From contig JBJEMX010000006.1 in NCBI GenBank assembly GCA_051879895.1, forward strand, positions 5,465 to 69,464: a stretch of DNA of 64,000 nt. The letters are read 5' to 3'. Source of the DNA: Lachnospiraceae bacterium (GTDB taxonomy: Bacteria > Bacillota > Clostridia > Lachnospirales > Lachnospiraceae). Both the position numbers and the translations under genes were made by a program. The notes below the pieces were generated by a model. The model was not told the origin of the DNA, searched no databases, and saw only the letters and a list, made by a program, of their open reading frames with translations. Every line of letters begins with the position of its first letter. Positions within the stretch are counted from its first letter, which is position 1. Positions 48,944 to 58,964 of this stretch are shown here, piece by piece.

Positions 48944-49216
48944 CTATATTCTGTGCATTTTATCGAAGATTTCTTCTTTCTGGCACTTGATAATTACACC
49001 GATTTCATCACCCAGTTTGTCCATATCATCCGCCATATCGCCATGAGCCTTCAGGCTTTCACCGGTATCTACTACCATCATCATATTAAAGTATCCTTGC
49101 ACAATTGTCTGGGAAATATCCAGAATATTGATTTTGTTTTCTGCCAGATAAGTACACACTCTTGCAATAATGCCCACTGTATCTTTACCTACCACTGTAA
49201 TAATTGTCTTTTTCAT
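48944..49216 (-). CDS. UPF0237 ACT-domain protein
   Basis: IITVVGKDTVGIIA...NILDISQT...IFDKMHRI. Confidence 0.92.
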   Translation of the reverse strand: MKKTIITVVGKDTVGIIARVCTYLAENKINILDISQTIVQGYFNMMMVVDTGESLKAHGDMADDMDKLGDEIGVIIKCQKEEIFDKMHRI

Positions 49217-49345
49217 ATTTCCTCTCATTCTGCCGCTTTGTTATAAGTAAAGTTTTAGCGGCTTTAAATTTAATGGTAATCAACGTTTATTATAGCCCTA
49301 TAACCTTTCTTTTGACAATAGTTTTAAAGTTATAAGTTTGAAAAG

Positions 49346-50143
49346 TCATAAGGTAATCACCGGGGACAACTCGCTGCGTCCGGCCACATGAATATGAAAG
49401 TCATCTGCCTTATAGGGAGAGTCTCCCATGGTAATCTCCATCCTCACCGCTTCATAAGCAAGCTGTGGCATATTGTTTTCTTTGCTCAAATGCCCTAATA
49501 AAATAGCTTTTAAGTTATCATGGAGAATACGGTTTAACAATCTTCCTGAATTTTCATTGGATAAATGCCCTCTGTCACCTAGAATACGCTGCTTTAAATA
49601 ATAGGGGTAAGGTCCCACCTGCAACATATTTACATCATGGTTAGCTTCCAGTAGCAGAGCGTCCATACCCTTTAAGCACTCTACCGTATAATCATTAAAT
49701 ATGCCTAAATCCGTACACACAGCCACTCTTTTGTCACCATATCCTATACGGTAGCCCACCGGCTCAGCAGCATCATGGGATATTCTCATAGGACATACTG
49801 TCATATCTTTGATAATCATCTTTCTGTCGGCTTCAATCTCATGAAACAGGGATTCGTCCGGTATATTCTTACCACCGCTTCTTAAAATAGCCTGAATGGT
49901 TCCTCTGGTTGCAAAAATCGGAATGTTATACTTTCTGCAAAGAACTCCCAGCCCTGCAATATGGTCTGAATGTTCATGAGTAATCAGAATTCCATCAATA
50001 TCCGCTCCCGTCAGTCCCAGTTCATGCAGCCCCTCTTCTGTTTTCTTTCCACTGATGCCTACATCTACCAGCAAATGCGTTGCTTCGGAACCGGCATAAA
50101 TACAGTTACCGCTGCTTCCGCTGGCTATACTGCAAAACCTCAT
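49346..50143 (-). CDS. MBL-fold metallohydrolase (YycJ/WalJ-like)
   Basis: ASGSSGN, THEHSDH, HDA, LEANHD, GHLSN, HLS.ENN. Confidence 0.9.
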   Translation of the reverse strand: MRFCSIASGSSGNCIYAGSEATHLLVDVGISGKKTEEGLHELGLTGADIDGILITHEHSDHIAGLGVLCRKYNIPIFATRGTIQAILRSGGKNIPDESLFHEIEADRKMIIKDMTVCPMRISHDAAEPVGYRIGYGDKRVAVCTDLGIFNDYTVECLKGMDALLLEANHDVNMLQVGPYPYYLKQRILGDRGHLSNENSGRLLNRILHDNLKAILLGHLSKENNMPQLAYEAVRMEITMGDSPYKADDFHIHVAGRSELSPVITL

Positions 50144-50144
50144 G

Positions 50145-52310
50145 CTATTTCCTCCAGTAGATGTCGATTACATCGCCATCCTTTATTTCTTTCAGATATT
50201 CGGCAGGTCCGCCGTTTAAGCCGGTATGTACACCGCTTCCCTGAGGCTTTGACAAATCAAAATCTATGTAATCAAACACATCTACATAAACATAAGATGC
50301 TTTGCCGGACATCCTGATGGGTCTGCCGTTTACCATTACCACAATATCATGGATAGCAGGTGTCTGGGAAGTCTGCGGTACGGCTTCTTCCTGTTCCGTA
50401 TGCTGACTCGATGCTTCTTCGGCTACATGTACAATACTTTCCGCTGCTTCTCCGGCTACATGCACAATACTTTCCGCTGCTTCTCCGGCTATACGCACAA
50501 TACTTTCCGCTGCCTCTCCCCATACCACACTAAAGTTTTCATAAACCGCCGTTTCCCTGTCTGCCGCCACATTATTTACTGCAATAGCAGTACCCTGCGG
50601 TAAAATGACATCCATAAATTCCAGTATCTGGGCAACCGTATAAAAATTCTGCATTTCAATATTGTCACCATTTTGGATTTCATAATAAGCGGACTGCAAT
50701 TTGCCGTTTACTCTTGCAAATTTAGGTAAAACAACCTTCTGTCCATTGACGCCGATAGTAATGGACTGGTGATACTCCGGCAGACTGCCTATTTCTAATC
50801 CGGCCGGTGCACCTGCAGTAGAAGGCATAACACTTATTACATCATTTCCCTTTACCGGTGTATGTATATCAGCAGGCTCACCGTTTACGGTAATAATGGC
50901 TGCCTCACCCAGTTCCCCTCTCTTAATGCGGGCCTTTCCCTCAACCGTATAGTTTAGCTCACTGCCCCTCTTGGGGAATAACCCATCGTTAGGAAACTCT
51001 GCCTGCATGGCAACATCCACTACGGACAGTTTTCCATTGTCATATATTTTGATACGTTCCTCATTAAAGGTTACAAATATAAAGTTGTTGTTTTGTTCAT
51101 AAAAGGTTAAGCAGATACCGATGGGCGTTACCAATAAGGAGCTCTTCTCCACACCTTCCGGGAAGTCAATCATTCCCATAACTTCGCCGCCTCTGATTGC
51201 TACTCTTTCCTTTACAATATCCAGCTTTTCAGACAGCTTTTCGGTATAACCCGGAATCTTTCCGCCACCGCCTACCACAAACACAGCACTGACAGCCTTA
51301 TCTCCGTTTAAAGCCTTAATGCACTCTGCTACCTGCCCGGTCATGTTGTCAATAGCCGGTGCTATCACTTCCGCCAGTTCACCTGCACTGATATGCTGCG
51401 GCAGACCCATGATATCCGTAAAGGCAATTTTTTCTGCATCGGTTACGGCTCTCCCGGCTGCTTTTGCTGCCTCCTCCAAGGCACATGCCTGTTCCATACT
51501 CCGCTTAATCTGCTCTGCTGTGTTAAAATCTACCAGGCAATGCTGTGCAATGGTTTCCGTAATGCTGTCACCTGCCACAGGAATCATACCATAGGATACA
51601 ATTGCCCCTTCCTTTGTAATGGAAATATCCGAAGTACCCGCTCCCACATCCACAAGTGCAATATTCAGCATACGGAATTTTTCGGGGATGGCTACCTGAA
51701 TTGCCGCAATAGGCTCCAAGGTCAGATTTTCTACTTTTAGTCCTGCATACTCTACTGCTCTGTACAAGCCGTCCACTACGTCCTCCGGCAGAAAGGTTAC
51801 AATCATATCCGCACCGATACTGCCAGCCTTATGCTCCTGCGGATTTCCAATGGGATAATGATTCATATAATACCTGATTACGGAATGTCCTACACAGTAA
51901 AATTTCATATCGGTATCATTGCCGTTTAAAAATTCTCCGTAAGCCTGTTCTACCCCAATGGCTGAAAGTGCATATACATCTTCCTCCTGTACGACACGGT
52001 CCTCTGAAAAATCATAATCTACATGAGTAGTTACCGTTCTCAATACACGTCCTGCTGCCGCAATACATACACCCTCCAGATGGCTGCCTGTTTCTTCTTC
52101 TAAGGCTGCCTTAACCGCACTGATGGTTTCTCCTACCTTTTTGATATCGTGAATCTGACCGTCCAGCATGGCACGGGTTTCATGCTCCAATACCTTCTGG
52201 GCAATCACAACAAAACGGTCTTTTGTCTTATAGCCTACCGTTCCTACAATACTTCTGGTTCCTATATCCAGTCCGAATACTGTTTTTCCCTGATGCGTTA
52301 TTCCTGCCAC
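50145..52310 (-). CDS. FtsA/PilM-like actin-fold ATPase with C-terminal beta-grasp-like repeats
   Basis: LDIGTRS, TLEPIAA, VDVGAGTSD, VGGGG; C-terminal VNG...GD.I repeats. Confidence 0.8.
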   Translation of the reverse strand: MAGITHQGKTVFGLDIGTRSIVGTVGYKTKDRFVVIAQKVLEHETRAMLDGQIHDIKKVGETISAVKAALEEETGSHLEGVCIAAAGRVLRTVTTHVDYDFSEDRVVQEEDVYALSAIGVEQAYGEFLNGNDTDMKFYCVGHSVIRYYMNHYPIGNPQEHKAGSIGADMIVTFLPEDVVDGLYRAVEYAGLKVENLTLEPIAAIQVAIPEKFRMLNIALVDVGAGTSDISITKEGAIVSYGMIPVAGDSITETIAQHCLVDFNTAEQIKRSMEQACALEEAAKAAGRAVTDAEKIAFTDIMGLPQHISAGELAEVIAPAIDNMTGQVAECIKALNGDKAVSAVFVVGGGGKIPGYTEKLSEKLDIVKERVAIRGGEVMGMIDFPEGVEKSSLLVTPIGICLTFYEQNNNFIFVTFNEERIKIYDNGKLSVVDVAMQAEFPNDGLFPKRGSELNYTVEGKARIKRGELGEAAIITVNGEPADIHTPVKGNDVISVMPSTAGAPAGLEIGSLPEYHQSITIGVNGQKVVLPKFARVNGKLQSAYYEIQNGDNIEMQNFYTVAQILEFMDVILPQGTAIAVNNVAADRETAVYENFSVVWGEAAESIVRIAGEAAESIVHVAGEAAESIVHVAEEASSQHTEQEEAVPQTSQTPAIHDIVVMVNGRPIRMSGKASYVYVDVFDYIDFDLSKPQGSGVHTGLNGGPAEYLKEIKDGDVIDIYWRK
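50413..50520. repeat. 3 x 33-bp in-frame tandem repeat
   Basis: Encodes GEAAESIV(R/H)(I/V)A three times. Confidence 0.9.
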
Positions 52311-52903
52311 GTATATGCCTCCAGTCTCTTCTTAATCTGGCTGTACGCACTTTCAAGCGTACCGCTGTTATCTATTATAAAATCTGCATTTTTACGAAAC
52401 TCTTCTTCCGCTAACTGCTTACTCATAATCTGTGCAATCTTCTCCGGGCTATAACCCCGGCTTTGCATCAGCCGCATTCTTCTCACCTCATCTGATGCAT
52501 GGATATACCACATTTCATCTACAAAGTCTTTATAACCACTCTCGATTAACAAAGCCGCTTCTATAAAGAAAAGCTCCGTGCTTCCTTCCCTGCGTACCTC
52601 CTCTAGCGCCTGTTTCAAGTATTCCTTCACCGCCGGGTGAACAATAGCATTGACCTTTTCCAGCAATTCTGCATTATTAAAGATAACCGCCGCCATTTTT
52701 CCTTTATCAACAGACCCTGTATCCGTAAGAATTTCTTTCCCAAGAAGTGAAACTATTTCCTCATAACATTTCTCTCCGGGACTTTGTACAAGATGTGCCA
52801 CTTCATCTGCCAGATATATTTTACAATTGTAATGTTTCTTTATAAAGGATAAAATCTCCGTCTTTCCGGCTCCCACACCACCGGTGATTCCTATTAAGTG
52901 CAT
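52298..52903 (-). CDS. coaE: dephospho-CoA kinase
   Basis: IGITGGVGAGK, IVHP, EAALL, ADFIIDNSG. Confidence 0.93.
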   Translation of the reverse strand: MHLIGITGGVGAGKTEILSFIKKHYNCKIYLADEVAHLVQSPGEKCYEEIVSLLGKEILTDTGSVDKGKMAAVIFNNAELLEKVNAIVHPAVKEYLKQALEEVRREGSTELFFIEAALLIESGYKDFVDEMWYIHASDEVRRMRLMQSRGYSPEKIAQIMSKQLAEEEFRKNADFIIDNSGTLESAYSQIKKRLEAYTWQE

Positions 52904-52978
52904 TGTATTTCATACCTCTTTCTGTAATCTGCAGGCTGTATACGTTAACCAAAGCTGCATTGAAGATTTATTCAGGCA

Positions 52979-55642
52979 CTATTTTGCCTCATACCAGTCG
53001 CTGCCGGTGTGCATATCAATTGCCAGTTCTACAGAAAGGTCTGCTGCTTTTTTCATGCACCCGCTCAAAATCTGTGCCACTGCTTCTTCTTCACCTACGG
53101 CCGTTTCTATTAACAGTTCATCATGTACCTGCAAAATCAGGCGGGACTTTAAGTTTTCTTCCTTTAATGCCTTAAATACATTAATCATGGCAATCTTGAT
53201 AATGTCGGCTGCCGTTCCCTGAATGGGGGAATTCATGGCGATACGCTCTCCAAAGGAACGCTGCATAAAGTTATTGGAGGAAAGCTCCGGTACCGGACGT
53301 CTGCGTCCGAATAACGTCACTGCATAGCCCGTTTCCTTCGCATCCTTTACCAGCTTATCCAGGAAATTCTTGATACCGGGATAGGTTTCAAAATACTGGT
53401 CAATATATGCCGCTGCCTCTTTTTTGGTAATACTTAAATCCTGACTCAGGCCAAAAGAACTGATGCCGTATACGATACCAAAGTTTACTGCTTTGGCATT
53501 GCGTCTTTGCAGTTCCGTTACTTCTTCAAAGGGAGTATGGAATACTTTAGAAGCAGTAATCCGGTGAATGTCCTGTTCGGATTTGTAAGCCTCGATTAAC
53601 TGCTCATCTCCGGACATATGTGCCAGTACACGCAGTTCAATCTGGGAATAATCCGCATCGGTAAAAATATACCCTTCTGCCGGCACAAATACCTTTCTAA
53701 TCTGCCTGCCCAATTCCATCCGCATAGGAATATTCTGCAAATTGGGCTCTGTCGAACTGATTCTGCCGGTTGCCGTGATGGTCTGGTTAAAGCTGGAATG
53801 AATACGGCCATCTGCACCGATACAGGAAGCCAGTCCCTCTGCATAAGTAGACTTTAATTTAGCAAGTCCCCTGTACTCCAGAATATCCGCTACAATTTTA
53901 TGCTCCGGTGCCAGTTTCTCCAACACCTCCGCCGCCGTCGAATAACCGGTCTTGGTCTTTTTGCCACCGGGAAGCTGCATTTTTTCAAACAATATTTCTC
54001 CAAGCTGTTTGGGCGAATTAATATTAAAATCACAGCCTGCAGCTTCATGAATATCTTTTTCCAGCTCTGTAATACGCCCGGTCAGTCTTTCTCCGTATTC
54101 CCGCAATTCTTCCGGGCGTACCAGCATGCCCAGACGCTCCATATCATACAGAACCATGGACAAAGGCATTTCAATTTCTGAAAACAGACGGTACATCCCC
54201 GTTTCATGCAGTTTATCCGTAAGCACCTTCTTTGCTGCCAGTGCCGTATATGCACCATAGCAGGCATACTCCATAGCCTTGTCCGGATTTAAGAGATACC
54301 CTGCTGTAAAGGTATTTTTCCCGAATACCTCCATACGCCCCGGCACCATAAGCCCTAAATGCTCTCCCGCAATGGATTCCGTATCATAATCATTCTTTAA
54401 GGGGTTTAACAGATATGCCGCAATCAGAATATCGAAATACCGCCCTGTATCAGTTTGATCCAGGTAAGCATAACTATGTTTAATATCACAGGCTGAAAGC
54501 TGAATCTCTTTAGATAACCCATACAGGCTCTCCGCCAGCCATGTACTCTCCATATTTTTTCCGACAGGCATAAAGCCTATCTTAGAATCACTGCCACTAA
54601 ATGCAGGCAGTGCCACTGCCACCCCCACAATATCCTCCGGGGTCTTTCCGTCCGCAAGGACATATATACCGGCTTCCTTCCTTTCTCTTGCTTCTGAAAA
54701 AAAGCTTTCCGCCTCTTTTTTATCTGTTATTTTTCTAAAGCTTTCTTTTATATTATCCGTTGTCTGTGCTGTTTCTGCATCAAAACGGCTCAATATGTTC
54801 TTAAATCCCAGCTTTTTGCACAAAGCATAGGCCTCCCTGGTATAGAAGCCTTCTGCTTTACACTTTTCATATGAAAAATCCGTTTCACAGTCTGTCTTAA
54901 TAGTTGCCAGCTTCTTGCTTAAATCTGCCAGTTCTCTGTTTGCCGCTAAAGTTTCACGAACGGATTTTTTGGTAATTTCCTCTAAATGGAGATAGATATC
55001 TTCAATGGAGCCATAGGTTACCATGAGCTCTGTTGCCGTTTTTTCTCCGATTTTAGGTACGCCGGGAATATTGTCTGAAGAATCTCCCATCAATGCCTTC
55101 AGTTCAATAAACTGCTCCGGTGTTACCTGATACTTTGCCAGCACATCCTTTGCATAATAATCCTCTATTTCGGTCTTACCGCCCCTGGTCTTTGGCAGCC
55201 TGATTTTAATATGGTCTGAGGCAATCTGCAGCAAATCCCTGTCACCGGATACCAAAGCAACCTCCAACCCGTTTCGCTCAGATAATTTTGCCACACTGCC
55301 TAGAATATCATCTGCCTCCCAGCCCGCATGCTCTAAGATACAGATATCCATGGCCATAAGCAATTCCTTCATCACAGGAACCTGCTCCCGCAGTTCCGTA
55401 GGCATGGGCTTTCTGGTTCCCTTGTAAGCTGCATACATTTCATGTCTGAAGGTAGGCTCCTTGCGGTCAAATGCAACCGCCAGATAATCCGGCTTTTCTT
55501 CTTCCAGTATTTTAAACATAATATTTAAAAAGCCATATACTGCATTGGTGTGCAGCCCTTCTGCATTGGTTAAATCCGGTACACCGTAAAATGCTCTGTT
55601 CAATATACTGTGTCCGTCAATCAGCACTATCTTACCGCTCAT
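52979..55642 (-). CDS. polA: DNA polymerase I
   Basis: 5'-3' exonuclease (LIDG, EADD, GDSSDNIPGV); polymerase motifs DYSQIELR, KAVNFGIVYG, QVHDEL. Confidence 0.98.
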   Translation of the reverse strand: MSGKIVLIDGHSILNRAFYGVPDLTNAEGLHTNAVYGFLNIMFKILEEEKPDYLAVAFDRKEPTFRHEMYAAYKGTRKPMPTELREQVPVMKELLMAMDICILEHAGWEADDILGSVAKLSERNGLEVALVSGDRDLLQIASDHIKIRLPKTRGGKTEIEDYYAKDVLAKYQVTPEQFIELKALMGDSSDNIPGVPKIGEKTATELMVTYGSIEDIYLHLEEITKKSVRETLAANRELADLSKKLATIKTDCETDFSYEKCKAEGFYTREAYALCKKLGFKNILSRFDAETAQTTDNIKESFRKITDKKEAESFFSEARERKEAGIYVLADGKTPEDIVGVAVALPAFSGSDSKIGFMPVGKNMESTWLAESLYGLSKEIQLSACDIKHSYAYLDQTDTGRYFDILIAAYLLNPLKNDYDTESIAGEHLGLMVPGRMEVFGKNTFTAGYLLNPDKAMEYACYGAYTALAAKKVLTDKLHETGMYRLFSEIEMPLSMVLYDMERLGMLVRPEELREYGERLTGRITELEKDIHEAAGCDFNINSPKQLGEILFEKMQLPGGKKTKTGYSTAAEVLEKLAPEHKIVADILEYRGLAKLKSTYAEGLASCIGADGRIHSSFNQTITATGRISSTEPNLQNIPMRMELGRQIRKVFVPAEGYIFTDADYSQIELRVLAHMSGDEQLIEAYKSEQDIHRITASKVFHTPFEEVTELQRRNAKAVNFGIVYGISSFGLSQDLSITKKEAAAYIDQYFETYPGIKNFLDKLVKDAKETGYAVTLFGRRRPVPELSSNNFMQRSFGERIAMNSPIQGTAADIIKIAMINVFKALKEENLKSRLILQVHDELLIETAVGEEEAVAQILSGCMKKAADLSVELAIDMHTGSDWYEAK

Positions 55643-55658
55643 AAGGGTTCTTCTCCTT

Positions 55659-55979
55659 TTAAAATATGAATACTGCCGTTACCAGCAAAATTGCCAGAAC
55701 TGCCATAACCACTGAAGTAATACAAACACTGAGAAATGTCTGATGCACACGAATCCCGTGCTTTGCCTCCTCTAACCGGTGTTTTAACTCCTGTTGCAGG
55801 TCAAAGGCACTGCCTTCCTCCAGACGTGCCATACCTTCCGAAATCAACACCTGTATCGTCAGTTCTTCCTGACACTCCGTGCAATTTTCAGCATGCTTTA
55901 AGAATTCTTTCAAATCCTTATACTCCAGATTATTCGCTACAAATGCCGGTATCATTCTCTCAAATTCCTTGCAGTCCAT
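55659..55979 (-). CDS. zf-HC2 (anti-sigma-like) membrane protein
   Basis: MDC...HAENCTEC (HxxxCxxC) plus C-terminal TM helix; start reassigned to MDCK. Confidence 0.8.
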   Translation of the reverse strand: MDCKEFERMIPAFVANNLEYKDLKEFLKHAENCTECQEELTIQVLISEGMARLEEGSAFDLQQELKHRLEEAKHGIRVHQTFLSVCITSVVMAVLAILLVTAVFIF

Positions 55980-56038
55980 AAAGCCTCTCTTTTTTCTCCG
56001 GAGCTTTATTTTGTCCGGATGCATGTGTTATTTTGTAT

Positions 56039-56509
56039 TTAATAACCCAGCTCTTTCACAATTTCTACAATTTCATCTTTATATTCGGAATCTGCCACCG
56101 CATAAAGCATGGTATTATCTATTTTTGCAAGCATATAATAGGTACCGGAACTGGTAACAGAATAATAGCTGTAATTCATAATATTTTTTGTAATTTCCGC
56201 AGAAGCCCCTCCGCTTGCATAGCTTTCAAAAATATTCTTGTTCTCGTTGAAAACAGCTGTAGCCGCTGCATTATTTTTGAACTCATAAAACTCAATCTGA
56301 TAATCGTCACCCACTGCCAGGCTGATTGCGGTAATACTTTCCGGTGCAATCTGACCTGTAGCATCTTCTATAATATAGCCCTTATCTTCCAATACATTAT
56401 TAAATTCAGAAACACTGACAGCCGTCCTGTTTCCGCATGCAGTCAGCCCTGCAAGCAGTATCATCATCATTGCCATTGCGATTACTTTATTCAACTTTTT
56501 CATTTCCAT
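56039..56509 (-). CDS. small lipoprotein of unknown function
   Basis: Lipobox LTAC; GGAGG RBS. Confidence 0.78.
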   Translation of the reverse strand: MEMKKLNKVIAMAMMMILLAGLTACGNRTAVSVSEFNNVLEDKGYIIEDATGQIAPESITAISLAVGDDYQIEFYEFKNNAAATAVFNENKNIFESYASGGASAEITKNIMNYSYYSVTSSGTYYMLAKIDNTMLYAVADSEYKDEIVEIVKELGY

Positions 56510-56559
56510 ATTCCTCCCATTTTAGGTTATAGTTATACTTTTGTATTGTATCACATTTA

Positions 56560-56599
56560 TAAAAAAAAAGAAACACGGAATAACCGCGTTTCTCTTTTT
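56560..56599 (-). terminator. terminator after tRNA-Leu
   Basis: Minus strand AGAAACGCGG..CCGTGTTTCT followed by a long T run. Confidence 0.75.
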
Positions 56600-56612
56600 A
56601 TTATACATGCAC

Positions 56613-56695
56613 TGCCGGCGGCGGGACTTGAACCCGCACTATGTCACCATAAACAGATTTTGAGTCTGCCGCGTCTGCCATTCCGCCACGCCGGC
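56613..56695 (-). tRNA. tRNA-Leu(CAA)
   Basis: GCCGGCGTGGCGGAATGGCAGACGCGGCAGACTCAAAATCTGT...GGTTCAAGTCCCGCCGCCGGCA; long variable arm; CCA not encoded; promoter TTGTCA-17 bp-TATTAT at 56723-56751. Confidence 0.96.
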
Positions 56696-56772
56696 TTAAC
56701 TGCTTTTCAACAGCCGAATATTATAATAGCATATCCGGCTATTATTGACAAGCAGTTTTTTTAAATTTCATT

Positions 56773-58044
56773 CTATCGGAAATTCATTTTATCGTAAATA
56801 TCAAAGCAGTCAAAGGTTGCGAAATAATCCTTGGGGGTTTCCGCTCTTCTGATTAACTGCACACTGCCGTCTTCTTTTAGTAAAAGCTCAGCAGACTTTA
56901 ACTTGCCGTTGTAGTTGTAGCCCATGGAAAAGCCATGTGCACCGGTGTCATGGATAACCAGGTAGTCCCCTTTGTCAATCTGAGGTAACATTCTGTCAAT
57001 GGCAAATTTATCATTGTTTTCACAGAGAGAACCTGTTACATCATACCTGTGGTCGCAGGGTGCGTCTTCTTTACCGAGCACTGTAATGTGATGGTATGCA
57101 CCATACATAGCAGGCCGCATTAAATTGACTGCACAGGCATCTACTCCGATGTACTCCTTGTATGTGTGCTTTTCATGGATGGCCCTGGTAACCAAATGAC
57201 CGTAAGGAGCCATCATAAAGCGGCCCAGTTCCGTGTAAATTGCTACATCTCCCATACCTGCCGGCACCAATACCTCTTCATATACCCTGCGTACCCCTTC
57301 GCCGATGACTCTGATATCGTTAGGCTTGGCATCAGGCGTATAAGGTACCCCGATACCACCGGAAAGATTGATGAAGGTAATGTTCGCACCGGTTTCTTCT
57401 TTTAATCTTACCGCCAGTTCAAACATGGTCTTTGCTAACGTAGGATAATAGTCATTCGTTACGGTATTACTTGCTAAAAATGCATGGATACCGAAATTTT
57501 CAGCACCTTTTTCTTTTAAGATTTTAAAGCCCTCAAATAACTGCTCCGTAGTAAAACCGTACTTTGCATCACCGGGGTTGTCCATAATGTTGTTGGCAAT
57601 GGAAAAATATCCGCCGGGATTGTAACGACAGCTTATTGTCTTGGGAATATAACCAATTGTTTTCTCCAGAAAATCAATGTGGGTAAAATCATCCAGATTG
57701 ATGGTCGCACCTAATTCTGCCGCATAAGCGAATTCCTCCGCCGGAGTATCATTGGAAGAAAACATAATGTCCTCTCCCTTTACGCCCATCGCTTCACTTA
57801 ACATCAACTCTGTCTTGGATGAACAGTCACAGCCGCAGCCATAATCTCTTAAAATATTTATCAAAAAAGGATTGGGAGTTGCTTTCACCGCAAAAAATTC
57901 CTTGTATCCTTTATTCCACGCAAAGGCTTCCTTTAATGCTTTTGCATTTTCTCTGATTCCTTTCTCATCATAAATGTGAAAGGGGGTAGGATATGTCTTT
58001 ACAATTTCCTCAATCATTTCTTTTGTAACAAACGGTTTCTTCAT
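56773..58044 (-). CDS. lysA: diaminopimelate decarboxylase
   Basis: TPFHIYDE, FAVKA, AKYG, NLSGG, ELGR, GSLCENND, GAHG. Confidence 0.88.
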   Translation of the reverse strand: MKKPFVTKEMIEEIVKTYPTPFHIYDEKGIRENAKALKEAFAWNKGYKEFFAVKATPNPFLINILRDYGCGCDCSSKTELMLSEAMGVKGEDIMFSSNDTPAEEFAYAAELGATINLDDFTHIDFLEKTIGYIPKTISCRYNPGGYFSIANNIMDNPGDAKYGFTTEQLFEGFKILKEKGAENFGIHAFLASNTVTNDYYPTLAKTMFELAVRLKEETGANITFINLSGGIGVPYTPDAKPNDIRVIGEGVRRVYEEVLVPAGMGDVAIYTELGRFMMAPYGHLVTRAIHEKHTYKEYIGVDACAVNLMRPAMYGAYHHITVLGKEDAPCDHRYDVTGSLCENNDKFAIDRMLPQIDKGDYLVIHDTGAHGFSMGYNYNGKLKSAELLLKEDGSVQLIRRAETPKDYFATFDCFDIYDKMNFR

Positions 58045-58161
58045 TTTTCCTCACCTTCTGCCGCTTTTGTTGTAAATAAAATTTGCAGCGGTTTCAAATT
58101 TCCATATATAAATTTTATTGTAAACCTCTCTGTCACAATATAATTACTTTTTATAAAAAAG

Positions 58162-58890
58162 TCAACCCTGTTTTACAATATCACGTATCACTTCCTGTGC
58201 CAGAAGAAGCCCTGCCACACTGGGTACATAAGCAATACTGCCCGGTATACTTCTTCTGCCGGTACTCTCCTGTGCCTCCCCTCCACTGTCTTCTATTACC
58301 TTTGGAGTTAGTGCCGGTTCTTCGGAATAAACCACCTTTAAACTATCTACTCCCCGGTTACGCAGTTCTTTTCGCATTACCTTCGCTAACGGGCACATTC
58401 TGGTCTGATAAATATCCGTCACCACAAATTTCTGTGCATTGAGCTTATTTCCTGCCCCCATGGCAGAAATCACCGGAACACCTGCAGCCTTCGCCTGCAT
58501 AATAATCTCGATTTTAGCGGTCACTGTATCCACCGCATCTACTACATAGTCATACTCGGAGAAATCAAACTGGGCCGCGTTTTCCGGTAGAAAAAAGCAG
58601 GTATGCAGTATTACCTGTGCATTAGGGTTAATATCCAGTATTCTATCTCTCATTACTTCAGTTTTATATCGTCCTATCGTGGAATGAAGGGCTATAATCT
58701 GTCTGTTTATATTGGTAAGGGATACGGTATCATTATCAATCAGTACCAATCTCCCTACACCGCTTCTTGCCAAGGCTTCCACCGTATAACCGCCCACACC
58801 GCCAATACCGAATATGGCTACGGTGGCATGCTTAAGCTTTTCTAACGGTTCCTGCCCTAATAATAGTCTTGTTCTTGAAAACTCGTCCAT
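58162..58890 (-). CDS. tcdA: tRNA threonylcarbamoyladenosine dehydratase (ThiF family)
   Basis: GIGGVG, TNINRQ, DAVD, SAMGAG, CPLAKVMRKEL, VVYSEE; start MDEF. Confidence 0.9.
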   Translation of the reverse strand: MDEFSRTRLLLGQEPLEKLKHATVAIFGIGGVGGYTVEALARSGVGRLVLIDNDTVSLTNINRQIIALHSTIGRYKTEVMRDRILDINPNAQVILHTCFFLPENAAQFDFSEYDYVVDAVDTVTAKIEIIMQAKAAGVPVISAMGAGNKLNAQKFVVTDIYQTRMCPLAKVMRKELRNRGVDSLKVVYSEEPALTPKVIEDSGGEAQESTGRRSIPGSIAYVPSVAGLLLAQEVIRDIVKQG

Positions 58891-58964
58891 TTTATTCTCC
58901 GTCACACAATATTCTCTGATTTGCAGGCAGTATCTGCCCACTATTTTCAAAAGACCGATTTTTA

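Noticed and set aside
56510-56695. Prophage or ICE integrated at tRNA-Leu
   Set aside because: No integrase and no duplicated tRNA 3' end seen in the window.
56033-56764. 243-aa plus-strand ORF
   Set aside because: Antisense to a lipoprotein gene and the tRNA-Leu; implausible composition.
58045-58161. Lysine riboswitch upstream of lysA
   Set aside because: The region is only ~115 bp, AT-rich, and shows no L-box motifs.
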